A stretch of DNA of 64,000 bases from positions 58,652,001 to 58,716,000 of the forward strand of contig CM060734.1 of assembly GCA_030704615.1 (NCBI GenBank), given 5' to 3'. Source of the DNA: Takakia lepidozioides (Eukaryota; Plantae; Bryophyta). Within the stretch, counting starts at the first letter, position 1, and each line of letters begins with the position of its first letter. The notes below the pieces were generated by a model that did no database searches, had not been told where the DNA came from, and worked only from the letters and a program-made list of their open reading frames with translations. Both the position numbers and the translations under genes were made by a program. Positions 38,074-49,937 of this stretch are shown here, one piece after another.

Positions 38074-40161
38074 ATGGCGGAAAACCCGAGCGCTACAGTG
38101 TACTGCCCTCCTCACGAGCATAGAGCTTCATTTCTGTGCAGAGGGGACACCTGCCGGGTGATGGAGAAATATCTGTGCGTTCGATACCACCTGAAACCGG
38201 GGTCGGTTTTTTTGGAGGAGGAAAGGAAGGACTCTAACGGCCTTGTTGTCGACAGTATTGTTGTGCTCCACGATGATTTCGGGGATGGCAGGGAATGGCG
38301 AGTTCCACCATTGGACAGCGTCATATACAGGGCTGTTGGGGACTTCATTTGCCCGCCAAATGCACCTTCTATCCTGGCGCCTTCCACGAAACAATCCGCG
38401 AATCAGAGAGTGGCTACCTCAAAGAGAGAAGTCCGCAACGAAGTAAATCCAGAGCCGAACCCATCCATGAAGATGAGCCAGAACCGGGTTGTTCACAACC
38501 TGTCCGACTCAGACGAGGTCATGGAAGTTCCGAGGTCGTCCTGGAGATCAGGCAAGTCCTCAATGGACGTCAGTGGAGGAGGGAGTCATATTCCCAGCAC
38601 GAGCACCGCAGTTCGATCTATTCTTGAAATTCTGCGAGGGCTTCACCTGGAGGGACACCGGTTGGAGCTGGCCGGGCTGGACTACAACAAGTTCGCAATT
38701 AAATCGGTTACATGCCTTCCCGCCGACGTCGACGGTAATATCTTCTTTGAGTTCCCTCCTCGGGCAGACTACTCGAGGGCGTCCGGAATGTTGACAGATA
38801 TGGATAGAAAACATGACGGTCATCCTTGGTGCGTTACCAAAACCACCAGCATGAAGATGCTCGATGGTGTGCGGGTGCGCTACGTTGTTTGTGCGGGCGC
38901 GTTGCGGTGTTTCTCCCCAACTTGCTTCCACTTTAAATCCAGAGGTCACAGGAACGAGACCGATTGGACAGGCACAGCTCATCAACCATTTCGAGCTCAG
39001 GAGAAGGTTCCGAACTCCACATTTAAGTGTGCGCATTGCAAAGAACCACCACACTGCATGTCTGTTTGTAATGCCAAGCAGTTCTATGTGTTGCACCGTT
39101 TCCCTGACCTCACCCGAGCTTGCATACACGTTGGTTCCCATTGTCACAAATTGGCGAGGGGGAACTCGCGGGAGGCTGCCCACGAAGCAGAGCAGCTCGT
39201 TCAGGAGGAGGTTAAGTTGAGACCGGGTGCCAAACCCAAACAGATATAGCTCCAAGCCGCCCAAAAGATGGCATTGGCCAGAATTATGTCGGAAGACGGC
39301 TCCGATAGAGTTCCTCTCGACGAGAAGGAAATGGAGGCATTGCTGGAGTCGGTGTCCCACGTATGTTCACCGAATGTCCGAAACCACATTGTCTCATGCA
39401 AACAGAAAATTGGGCGTGGCTCGGATATGCACTCCATTCTGGAGGTGAATCGACGATGTGGATATGACTACATTCATGGAAGTAGGTTTCCAGGACAAGG
39501 GACTGAGGCAGATCGTTGTTTCGTATTCAAAATGTCCACGTGTGGACCTGGCAGCGGCGTCAAACTAGTTGACAGGATGACGAGTAGGAACTTGTCAAAC
39601 AGTTGGGTCATGTTCGACCATATCAAGTGAATTACAAATCACCAGTGGGTGACAATGGGTGCACATGTCTACGACACCCACTGCAGGATGCTAATGACAA
39701 TTGCTATTTGTGAGATGAAAGGAGAGGACACACAATCGGAGATGCTTCTTTGGCAGGGAATAAACGAACAGATGGCCAAGGCGGGATTGCCCCCTCCGAA
39801 TTTCCGTGGTTTCATGGCGGACAACGCACAAGCAAATTGGGCTGCCATCCGAAGGGTGTACGGGCAAGACCCCAATGTTCCCATGGAAGGCAAGGAGAGA
39901 TCTTGTGGGTTCCATTTTCTGCAAAGCCTTTCGCAGTACACAACCAGGCTCGTGGCGCCAGATTTCAGAGAGGAGCACCGTTCCATGTGCCTTGCGTGGA
40001 AGCGCGCTCCTACCTTGGATGATGCAGAGACACAGTTTGCATGCATACGGGCTTGGTGGACATCGTCAGGTGTTGTAAGGTAATCAGACGAGGGAGCAAT
40101 GGTCAGTTGGCTAGCATGGTGGCATTATCGTTTCCTCTAGTTCGGCGACTATATGCGGGAG
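38074..40161 (+). pseudogene. MULE transposase exon 1 (GCM-like Zn domain and N-half of the DDE domain); four nonsense codons; exon 2 missing
   Basis: DRKHDGHPW..CAGALRC..C..CAHC..C..HVGSHCH; WVMFDH, GFMAD, CGFH. Stops at 39247, 39628, 40081 and 40138. The donor GTGAGT at 40162 is at the same position as the intron in element B. Confidence 0.85.
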
Positions 40162-40616
40162 GTGAGTTGCACGTCCGAACATGCTAAGTCCGAACTGGCT
40201 AAGTCCGAACATGCACTGGAAAAATGGCGCCAAATTACCTGTCATGAGGGGACCTATAGCCGCGGAATTCGGCACCATTTTTCGCCAGAGAGACCTATTA
40301 CCGCGAAATACGTCGCCGTTTTTCAGGTTACGGACCCTATTACCGCGAAATTCGGCGCCATATTTGCACATGTCGCTGGGAATTGGCATGAGCGGAAGAC
40401 GAAATATCATGAGCACAACTGTCAAAACTGCAATTTTCCCTTCAAGGGGCCGAATAATATATTTGTTTTTCCTGACACATTGCATTAAATTATTGTTTTT
40501 TATTGTTTTTTATTTTCGAAATTTGTACTTCTGCTCATGAAAACCGATTGTCTTACTACTCCGTTCATGCCGCTCATGCCGCTCATGCCGCTCATGCTCA
40601 TGAAATAGCAAACCTC

Positions 40617-40995
40617 TTTGTTTGCATTGGCAATGCGTGTGCAAGCCTGGCAGCCCTGGAAAGATGCAAAGAGGTCCATGGTGACATCGTCAAATCTAGA
40701 ATTGTACCCGATGTCTGAACACTGCCTTGCTGGACATGTATGTCAAATGTGAGTGCATCGAGGATGCAAAGGGAGTGTTCAACAGTATGAGATGTGATGT
40801 CGTGGAGTGCGATGATTGTAGGATATGCACAACAAGGATGCGGGATGGAGGCTTTGGAGACCTATGAGCAATTGAGGTGCGTAGGGGTGAAGCCCAACCG
40901 CAACACATGTGTTTGTGTTTGCAATGCGTGTGCACGCCTAGGAGCTCTGGAAAAGGGGAAAGAGGTCCATGGTGACATCGTCAAAGCTGGATTTC
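40617..40995 (+). pseudogene. PPR pseudogene continuation after MULE A
   Basis: FVCIGNACASLAALERCKEVHGDIVKSRIVPDV..MSWSAMIVGYAQQG.. Confidence 0.85.
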
Positions 40996-43069
40996 ACTAC
41001 AACAGATTGTGGCTTTTATGACTCCCATGGGTGCGTAGTCATGACAGATTTGTGGCAGAAATGCCATTTGCAGTCGTAAAATGCTTTTGAAGTCATAATG
41101 CAGGTCTGGAGAAGGCGTATATGCGACTGCATGGCTTCGGACTCTGCGCAACACAGGTCAAACATGTTTGACCACGAATATTGGCATGGCAGATATGACT
41201 ACCAGTCACGGTCATGGCTACACTGGAATGACGTGTGCATATTGCAAGACAGACATATGACTTCATGACTCTCACTCTAATGCATTATGCCAGATCATCA
41301 CATGGATGAATCACTACATGACTACACGTGTCGACACATGCTTTTCTGGTTATATATATAATATATGAGTATTTATATCTTAAAAAAACGGAGACTCTTA
41401 CCACTAGAATGAATTAAAAAAAACCCAAAAAAAACAAAGATTTAAAAAAAATCACATCGGCTGGTAAGTGCACAGTGTGTCGCCCTTGTGGTTTGGGGTT
41501 CAAACCCACTGCCCTTATCCCCGTGTGTGGGATTGTTCGAGACGGTATGTCTGGACGTTGATCGTCCTGTAGGTCTTATGGCCCATAAATGAAGGCAGGT
41601 GAATTTTTCCCTCCTCAAGGGCTTGTGGTTTCCTTTAAGATTTTTTTTTTAAAAAAAAAATCAAAAAGGGGCTTTTAGGGTTTACAAAAAGGTTAAAAAA
41701 CTTAAAAAGTTGCCCATCACGGTAGCGTGAACAGACTGAGTGAGCGGGAGGGAGAGAGAGAGAGGGCTGGGACTTAGAGCGAGCGAGCGGGAGGGAGGGC
41801 AAACATGCATGGGAGGCCCGCAGTTGGAGCAACCTTCGCATCTGAAGCAAGCAACCCTAGAAACGCTAGGATATGTGTGCGAGGAGGTTTCGGCTGGGAG
41901 CTCGCCGTTCTTGAGAGAGTCAGCTTCGTCTTAGCAGGTCGTGTTTCAATCTCTACCCGCTCGGCCCTGATTTTACAGCACGGAGCAGAGCTGGCATGAG
42001 TTTCTTAAAGATCCTTCACGATGGTGGGACAACCGCAATCGCAAGGTGTGGCTTTTTCTTTATGTACGATGTGAAGAAGTTTGTCCATCCTGCAAATGTG
42101 GGTTGTTGGCTCCTGTTAGTACCATGATTTGGTATTCATCCTGATGTTTACAAGGTTCTTGGGAGAGTTAGCTTGGTCTTAGCATGCTGTGTTTCAATCT
42201 CTGCCCACTCAGCTGCACCGTGGTGGTTCTCACTAACCAATCCGACATTACCTAACTACAGACACAAGCAGCACATACAAGAGGTCCTCTTGGGTTCATG
42301 GTCAGTCAAATCCTCCATGGGTCATGACACAAGGTCGAGGACAATGTGGTGAGGGCACCTTCTTCTTCGACCTATTTCAGCCTATTTTGCCCTCTCATCA
42401 GACTCGGCCCTGAATTTGAATCATGGAGCAGAGCTGGCATGAGTTTTTTTAAGATCCTTCACGAGGGTGCGACCGAAATCGCAAGGTGTGGTTTTTTTTA
42501 ATGTACGATGTGCAAAATTTTGTCCATCCTGCAAATGTGGGTTGTTGGCTCCTGTTAGTACCATGATTTGATATTCTTCCTGATGTTTACAAGGTTCTTG
42601 GGAGAGTCAGCTTGGTCTTAGCAGACCGTGTTTCAAAGACTGCCTGCTCAGCTGCACCGTGGTGCAGGTTCTCACTGACCAATCCGACATTACCTGACTA
42701 CAGACACAAGCATCACACACAAGGTCAAATCCTCCATGGGTCATGACACAAGGTCAAGGACAGTGTGGTGAGGGCACCTTCTACTTCGACCTATTTCAGC
42801 ATGTTTTGCCCTCTCATCAGACGCCCTGAGATGCATATTGAATTTTGTAAGTTAGCTCATTGCTCGTTGATAAGTAGGGTTGGGGGTGTTTGCTGGAACA
42901 ATTCTAGGCTGTCATTGTCAGCTGCTAGCAGGAAGGCAAGGATGTATGCATAGATAGCTGAAGGATTTTGTGCAGAGGCATAGATAGCTGAAGGAGCAGG
43001 GATAGAGTGTGGGCCCAAATTCGTCCAAGAAGGCCGGATTTCAAGCTCCATTATTTCAGTGTCATCCAT

Positions 43070-44280
43070 TCAGCCAGTACTAAGGCCCTCTTATTCGAAG
43101 AGGCGGAAGTCGCACCCCATAAGAAGTTCCTCACCATAGCCTGTATCTTTTTGATGATTGGAGAACTAGTTGACCACACCGAGGCAATGAACCAAGTAGA
43201 AGCAAGAAGAACTTGGTTAACTATTAGGGCTCTACCCACAATAGAAAGATGTAAGGAGCTCCAATAAGACAACTTTCTTCTCAGCCTTAAGAGAACATGC
43301 AGCAGCAAACCTTAATTCATCACTAAGATCATGACCAATCTAGTGACCAAGTAACACATGGGCCTGGCCGTCATCCAACCAACTCAAGCCCAAGTCTCAG
43401 CCCCGTGGATCACAATGCTTAGCAGCACTGGAGTCGGGAAGTTGACTTAGCAATCCAATTGATTTTCTCCAGTTTATATCCAAGCTTCCTATTGAGAGGC
43501 CCCCCGATTTCTTCATGGCCTCTACCAGAATTTCGAATCATTCGCCCTTCCTGAGAATCAAACGCATCCCAGCCGAAGGCAAGCTTGCTCCTTCTCCGAG
43601 CCGGATCAGGGAGGTTTTGGGAGAGAGTGGGCGCAGAAAATCTACATTCTTTTTGCGCACCCCGCAGGTAGCTCGCATGAGTACCTGCACTCTTCCTGTG
43701 AATGAGGCGATCAGAGGGGGCTTTTGTCGAGCGGGGGGGAGGGGGGGGTCCCTTGTCTCGGTAGGAATTAGTCTCCCGAGGTCCCAGGACATTGGCTTTC
43801 GCCAATAGGGAACTCTGCAAGGTCGGGGGCACAGCAAAATAGAGAGAGCTGAGAGTAGCATTCACATTTGCAGAAGAGCTGTTATTAATAAAGAGGGTCG
43901 TGTCATCCGCGTATAAGGAAGATCTAATGGAGAAGAGGGGTCCAACGAAGGAGAGTGTGGGATAGTCAGTCCCCATGAATCATTCCTCTTATCCATGAGG
44001 TGCCCCAGCCCATCAGCTGCAATTAAAAAAAGAAACGGAGCTAACGGACAACCCTGTCGTACAGATTTGAAAAGAGGAAATGATTTGGATAGGACCCCAT
44101 TTATCATCACCCTACTGGAGGCACACGTCAGAAGAATCTTAGTCCATTTGAGGAAGTCTCTAGAGATGCCTGAAGCATCAAGGGCACCAAGATGATAAGT
44201 CCAGTTTATGCTATCAAATGCTTTCTGAAAGCCGAGCATTAGCATAGCAATGGGCTGCTAGTCCTTATAAGCTGAATGGA
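43070..44280 (-). mobile_element. LINE reverse transcriptase fragment (related to the 1238-6027 LINE), with a ~330-bp interruption at ~43495-43825
   Basis: FQKAFDSINW, VRQGCPLAPFLF, LYADD, DINWRKS, LSYWSSLHLSIVGRALIVNQVLLA, RNFLWG. Confidence 0.88.
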
Positions 44281-44315
44281 GAACCTTTTTTTTTTTGGTA
44301 AAAACAGGGGACATG

Positions 44316-44913
44316 GGGCTCTCATTTTAGATTAATTGGGTATTTAAGTCTCACGTGTGGGCCAGGCAGCGCACGGACGCACAAACGTTGGGTTCCTCTG
44401 CCTTTCCCCGTGACCACCCAACGGGTCTACTGACGGGTCTGGGTCTACTCGGGTGGTCTACTCGTGGGTCCGGGTCTGCTCCGATACAACTGTAGGGTCT
44501 ACTAGCGGGTCCAGTCTGCTCGGATCTGCTCGGGACTTAGAAAACACTTGCCCATAAAAAAAGACCATCATTGATGCACATGCAGCGTCATCCAGAATTG
44601 AACCCACAACCTCATAGATATATATCAATGCACCCAACCACCCTAGTACCCGCTGCTTGATGTTATATCAACAATTTCTTATCTCTTAACCTAGAAAACA
44701 GCAGCAGTTAGCCCCATCGTGGCCTAGGAGGGTGGACCCACCTTTTGATCTGGGCCAGCGGATCCTACCTCGCGGCAGACCTTACCTCGCGGACCTGGGC
44801 AAGATCATGGGTCGCGGCGGGGCCACCTGAAACCACCCATGGTCCGTGCGTGGGGCCCGCTGCCTGAACCACACATGAGACTTAAAGACCCAATTATTCA
44901 AAAATGAGAGGCC
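44316..44913. mobile_element. MITE with ~55-bp terminal inverted repeats
   Basis: ctctcattttagattaattgggtatttaagtctcacgtgtgggccaggcagcg matches the reverse complement of cgctgcctgaaccacacatgagacttaaagacccaattattcaaaaatgagag. TSD not resolved. Confidence 0.75.
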
Positions 44914-45139
44914 GGATAGGGTCACATGCTTGGTTTGAAGTTATTTAATTATTTGGAAAAATTAAAATTAAAACCCAGAGTGCATCATGAGGCACACACA
45001 CCATAGTCAGTGAAGGAATGAACTTGGCCCCTCTTGAGGATGTTGGACCGGACCACGCTTTTGGCCTAAAAATCCAAAGAGATCGAACATGCATGTTAGA
45101 AGCACTTAATCATGCATTTTAAGGAAGAGAACCAGTCTA

Positions 45140-46090
45140 TAATATATCCTTTAATTAGCTATGACTGCCAAATATTGGTGATTGTTTAATTAAATATATC
45201 CTTTAATTAGCTATGACCGTACAAAATTTTGTAGTCACAGCTATTAAGTTTCATTTTTCAATTGCCAAATTGTGGAGGTTGCTTGAATTTAATATATTTC
45301 TTGATTCATTCTGACCGCCCAAATTAAGCGATCGTGGCTATAAATGTTAGTTTTTCATTACATGCGATTTGCGAAATATAGATGGTCACTTGAACCCTAA
45401 ACCCTAAAGCATTGTGATTGTCATTATTTTCAAAATTTAAATAATTTAAAAATGGTACTACTGTCAGTTGAAAAAAAAAACAATCACCTACATGCACCAG
45501 AATTGTTGATCGCACCAATTTTTTTTTTTTTTTTTTTTTTAAAAAAAAGTCTTACAAAATTACGTACGACCTTGAGAATTGAGTTGAATTTAAACAAGAG
45601 TTATAGGCAACCGCTAGAATCTTGGCAGTCACACTTTTTTATTTTGGTTCCCCCTAATTTTTCATGCATTTTGGCGGTTGAACCAATTTTTTACAAAGCA
45701 TACACCACCACCAAATTTTGGAGGTCGTAAGTATTTTATTAAAAACAAATTAAATACAACTGTCAGAATTATAGTAGGTGCATTTTTTATTTTATTTTTC
45801 AGGGGGGGGGGGGGGGGTGTGTGTTTGGGGTTTGCTTTGTTGTTTTCAAGAATTACATGCAACCCCCAATTCTGGTTGTTACACCAGTTTATAGAAATTA
45901 AAAAACAAACATATGACTGTCAAAATTGGTGATCGTACCAATTTAGAAAAATTAAAAATTACATACATTCGCCAAAATTGACAATCACATCAATTTTTGG
46001 GGAAAAGAAATTACATCGCATTTTGGTGGTCGCACGTATTTTTTAAAAACAAATACATATGACCACTGAATTGTGGTAGTCATATAGTAT
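45140..46090. repeat. AT-rich degenerate repeats with ACCGCCAAA..TTTGGCGGT-type palindromic cores (decayed DNA transposon)
   Basis: Repeated tatgactgccaaa(n)ttggtgat / caccaaattttggaggtc motifs in A/T-rich spacers. Confidence 0.5.
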
Positions 46091-46871
46091 AAAATATCAC
46101 TCTTAATCTAAGCGTTATTATACAAAACTTATACATGAATTGGATGAAAATGTGAATGGAAGATTATTTGATGCAATTTAACAAAGGACAAAGCATCCAA
46201 TTGATAATTAATATTTATCTTTGTAGATTACCGTGGTCCGTACCTGCCTATGCTATCCGATGATAATTAAATCCCAAAAGATGCTGCCAGAAAATTTAAA
46301 GTTGAAGCCCAACTAGTGCCGAATGTCAAGAATTCGACCCCAAGACATGTCCTACCACAATCTCGCACATTTCCACTACACTAGCCATGTACATATGCTA
46401 CATGTGTTTTTTTACTACTTATCATGACTAGGGCTTCACATTGCTCCGCACTACTAGCGACAAATTCTGATAACTACGTTCAATTTTTCACAAAAAAAGG
46501 GTGGGTCATCCCCACTGTGTTACATGCAAAGATCCCATGTTTTGTTTCTTTCTGGAAGAAAAATGGCGGATCTGCATTTCATTCAATTTTCACAAGCCGC
46601 ATCAATCAATATCAACATACCCAAATACCCTTACATTCACTATATGAACTTTCAAGCATCCACCGTGGGATTGGATCTTGGTGGGTTAACGCTAGCTTTT
46701 GACAATATTCATGTAAGTTCATCAAGGGCTCCATCCAAAGCCACACCACGAGAAACAAACAAACATGTCCAAATTTAAGATGTTGAACAAACTTGTGCAC
46801 AGGGCTGCACCTCTCATTAGGCTCATTAAAGTTCGTATTCACTTCCATCTTCAAGCTTTGGATAAGCTCCA

Positions 46872-46970
46872 CACTATAGCAAAAAAAATTGGGGGGGGGG
46901 GGGGGGGGGGGTGGTTGCGACGCTATCCGCGCCCCCACGCCCCGCGCGGCGCTTTTTTGCGACGCAAAAG
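46872..46970. mobile_element. Solo CACTA terminus related to the 47458-48682 element
   Basis: CACTATAGCAAA..GGGG..GGTTGCGACGCtatccgcgcccccacgccc matches the reverse complement of the 48682 end. Confidence 0.7.
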
Positions 46971-47952
46971 CATTCCTACCATACCCATGCTTGATAAATC
47001 CTGCCAACATTATATTCCACGTGATCAAGATCGTTGAGGCATTCTGTTGAATGCTTCCGCATCTTTTGCTCATAGGTCCCCAAAGCCTCCATCCCACACC
47101 CATGTTGGGCATATCATGTGATCATCACATTCCACGACACCACATCCCGTTCAGCCATGTTGTCAAATACTCTCTTTGCAACCTTCATGCTCCCGTATTT
47201 CGCATACATATCAACAAGGCTATTGTTCAAAATCAGATTTGGTACAAGTCCAGCTTTCATATGTCAGCATGGACCTCTTTGCCGTTTTCCAGGGCTGCCA
47301 GTCTCGCACAAGCCTTGAGAATGCAAACAAATGTGACCTGATCGGGCATCACCCCTTGCTGAATCGGTTGATCCTATGTCTCTAAGGCAATCCTACCACA
47401 ACCATGCTTGGTATATCCTGCCACCATATTGTTGAACACTAGACAGGCCTCCCTTACCACTACAGGAAAAGGGGGGGGGGGTTTTCGACGCCACGGCCAC
47501 GCCGCGGCGTCGTTAAACAGCCCTTTTCGGGCGGGGAAAAAAACCAAATTTGCGACGTCCGGGCGTCGCCAAAAAAACATCGCAAATTTGCGACCAATGG
47601 GGGTCGCAAATATGCGAAACCGCGATTTGCGAGGCCCGGACGTCGAAAAAAAAAAAACATATTCTGCAATGCAGAATTAGCACCGTCCGGGGGTCGCAAA
47701 GTGCGACGCCCGGACATCACAATTTAAGGGGGTACATTTGAATTTAGGAGGAAAATTTTGAATTTGAAATTTGAATTTCAAAAACTTGTTGACCATTGAC
47801 TCCGATTCTGTCTAATGGCGATATGTTCATTGTTCTACATATATCATGCAACGCATACTTGAACCTAAGATCTCCACGTTATAATATTTCTAAGACACTA
47901 CAAACTAACCAACACACCTACGTTACATCTATGTATCACAAAAGCAATCTAA

Positions 47953-47983
<31 letters not shown>

Positions 47984-48395
47984 AAGAGTTCCTTCAAGTT
48001 CTTTCAAGTTCCTTCTAAGGGGGTCTCTCTTGTGACGCCGGGGAGTTGCAACCTCCACAGCCTTAGTGCCCAGCCCCAGCCCAAGCCCCAGCCCCAGCTC
48101 CAGCATTGTCGCCGTTGTTGTACCCCCCACCGCCAAGCGCCCCAAGCGACGTCCTTGTGTGGACCTAAGCAGACCACAACACCATTGCGACCTCCTGTGG
48201 CGACGCCGTTGCGACCCCCTGATGTTGCAACGTTGGGCGTCCCAGCGACGCTTTTGTGAAGTTGAAGGCCGCAAAGCCAAACGGGGAAAAAAAAAAAAAA
48301 AAAAAAAAAAAAACTCCCACTGTGGTGATGCTATTACGATGCCCTAGCGTCACAGATGCGCTAGGGTGCCCTTAGTGACGCCGAGGCGTCGCAAC

Positions 48396-48456
<61 letters not shown>

Positions 48457-49710
48457 CCGACGCCGGGGCGTCGCAAGAAAAAAAATCCGTCGCAGCAAGG
48501 GCCCTCTTTCCCCCTTCATGCCACCTTACGACGGCTGGGCGTCGTAATGGTGTCGCAGCGGGGGATTGTGACGCCGGGACGTCGCAAAAAAACACCGCGG
48601 GTTCGACGTCGCGAACTCAACGCCGCGCTGGGCGTGGGGGCGCGGCTGGCGTCGCAAACCCCCCCTCCCATTTATTGTAGTGTACACTCCCATATTTGGC
48701 ATACATGTTAACAAGGGCAGTCTCCCAATTAATGTATGACGAAATTCTAGCTTTGATGATGTCAGCATGGATATCTTTGCCCTTCTCCAAGGCCACCATG
48801 TTGGCACCAACATTGAGAACACAAATGAATGTGGCTTGCACATGCATTACAAATGCACACAAACGTGATGTCGTCGGGCTTCCCCCCTTCCCCCATCATG
48901 GACCTCTTTGCCCTTTTCCAGGGCTGCCAGGCTTGCACAAGCCTTGCAAACGCTCACAAACGTGATGTGGTTGTAGTTCACCCCTTCCCCCATCATTTGC
49001 TCATAGGTATGATCCAAGGCCTCCATCCCACGCTCCTGCTGTGCATACCCTGCAAGCATGGCGTTCCATGATACCAAATCTTGTTCAGCCATATTGTTGA
49101 ACACTCCCTCCGCATCCTCAATGCTCCCATATTTGGCATACATGTCCATGAGGGTATTGTTCATAATCACATATGTACAATTCCAGCTTTGGCGATGCAA
49201 CCATATACCTCTTTGCCCTTTTCCAGGGCTGCAAAGCTTGCACACGCACTGCAAACGCACACAAATATGATGTGGTCGCGCTTCACCCCTTCCCCCATCA
49301 TTTGCTCATAGGTCTCCAAGTCCTCCATCCCACGCCCTACTGTGCATATCCTGCAAGCATCACGTTCCACGACAACAAATCTCGTTTAGCCATATTGTTG
49401 AACACTCCCTCTACATCCTCAATGCTCCCACATTTGGCATACATGTCCACCAGGGTAGTGTTCAGGATCACACCTGGTACAGTTCCAGCTTTGGCGATGC
49501 AACCATGCACCTCTTTGCCCTTTTCCAGGGCTGCCAGGCTTGCACACGCATTGCAAACGCACACAAATGTGATGTGGTCGGGCTTCACCCCTTCTCCCAT
49601 CATTTGCTCATAGGTCTCCAAAGCCTCCATCCCACGCCCCTGCTGTGCATACCCTGCAAACATCGCGTTCCACGACACCACAACTTGTTCAACCATTTGA
49701 AAACTCCTTT
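46970..49710 (-). pseudogene. PLS-class PPR pseudogene on the minus strand, interrupted by a CACTA element
   Basis: VVSWNAMFAGYAQQGRGMEALETYEQMMGEGVKPDHITFVCVCNACASLAALEKGKEVHG..TTLVDMYAKCGSIEDV, with stops and frameshifts. Confidence 0.9.
47458..48682. mobile_element. Non-autonomous CACTA element, 1225 bp
   Basis: CACTACAG..CGACGCC / GGCGTCG..TTGTAGTG termini, 3-bp TSD TAC (47455-57, 48683-85), many GCGACG/CGTCGC subterminal repeats, and internal (TA)n at 47953-47975 and 48398-48449. Confidence 0.93.
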
Positions 49711-49937
49711 CGCATCCAGAGTGTTTAGCTCTCCATGACTGCGAACTATGACTACGGGTGTGCTAATCCGGTTGCAACACGTGGCGCGTTGTAGTTTTTA
49801 CACGTGGTCCATCAGCAGATTGACATGTGTCATGATGGGTGTTTTTTTGGGTGTATTGCTATTTTTTTACATATTTGTATTTCTGCCACGTGGTGTAGTA
49901 CTATTGGAGAGTGAAAATAGATGTAGTCATTATTATG

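Larger units (their letters stand above)
34232..40616 (+). mobile_element. Mutator-like (MULE) element A, internally deleted, with palindrome arrays
   Basis: TIRs GGGGGCTGCTATTTCATGAGC / (rc) GAGGTTTGCTATTTCATGAGC with CATGAGC(GG) subrepeats. 8-bp TSD TTTGTTTG (34224-31, 40617-24). Removing the element restores the PPR text ITFVCIGNACA. Confidence 0.92.

Noticed and set aside
38074-40161. Premature stops (TAG/TGA/TAA at probable Q/R codons) repaired by U-to-C RNA editing
   Set aside because: U-to-C editing is known from organelles only. C-to-T decay of methylated nuclear DNA explains these stops and those in the XPO7, PPR and MTase sequences, and frameshifts co-occur in related sequences.
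46318-46388. tRNA gene on the minus strand (similar cases at ~6370-6420, ~19800-19870, ~41460-41510, ~44590-44650)
   Set aside because: Only A/B-box-like motifs with no foldable cloverleaf; at best SINE-derived remnants.
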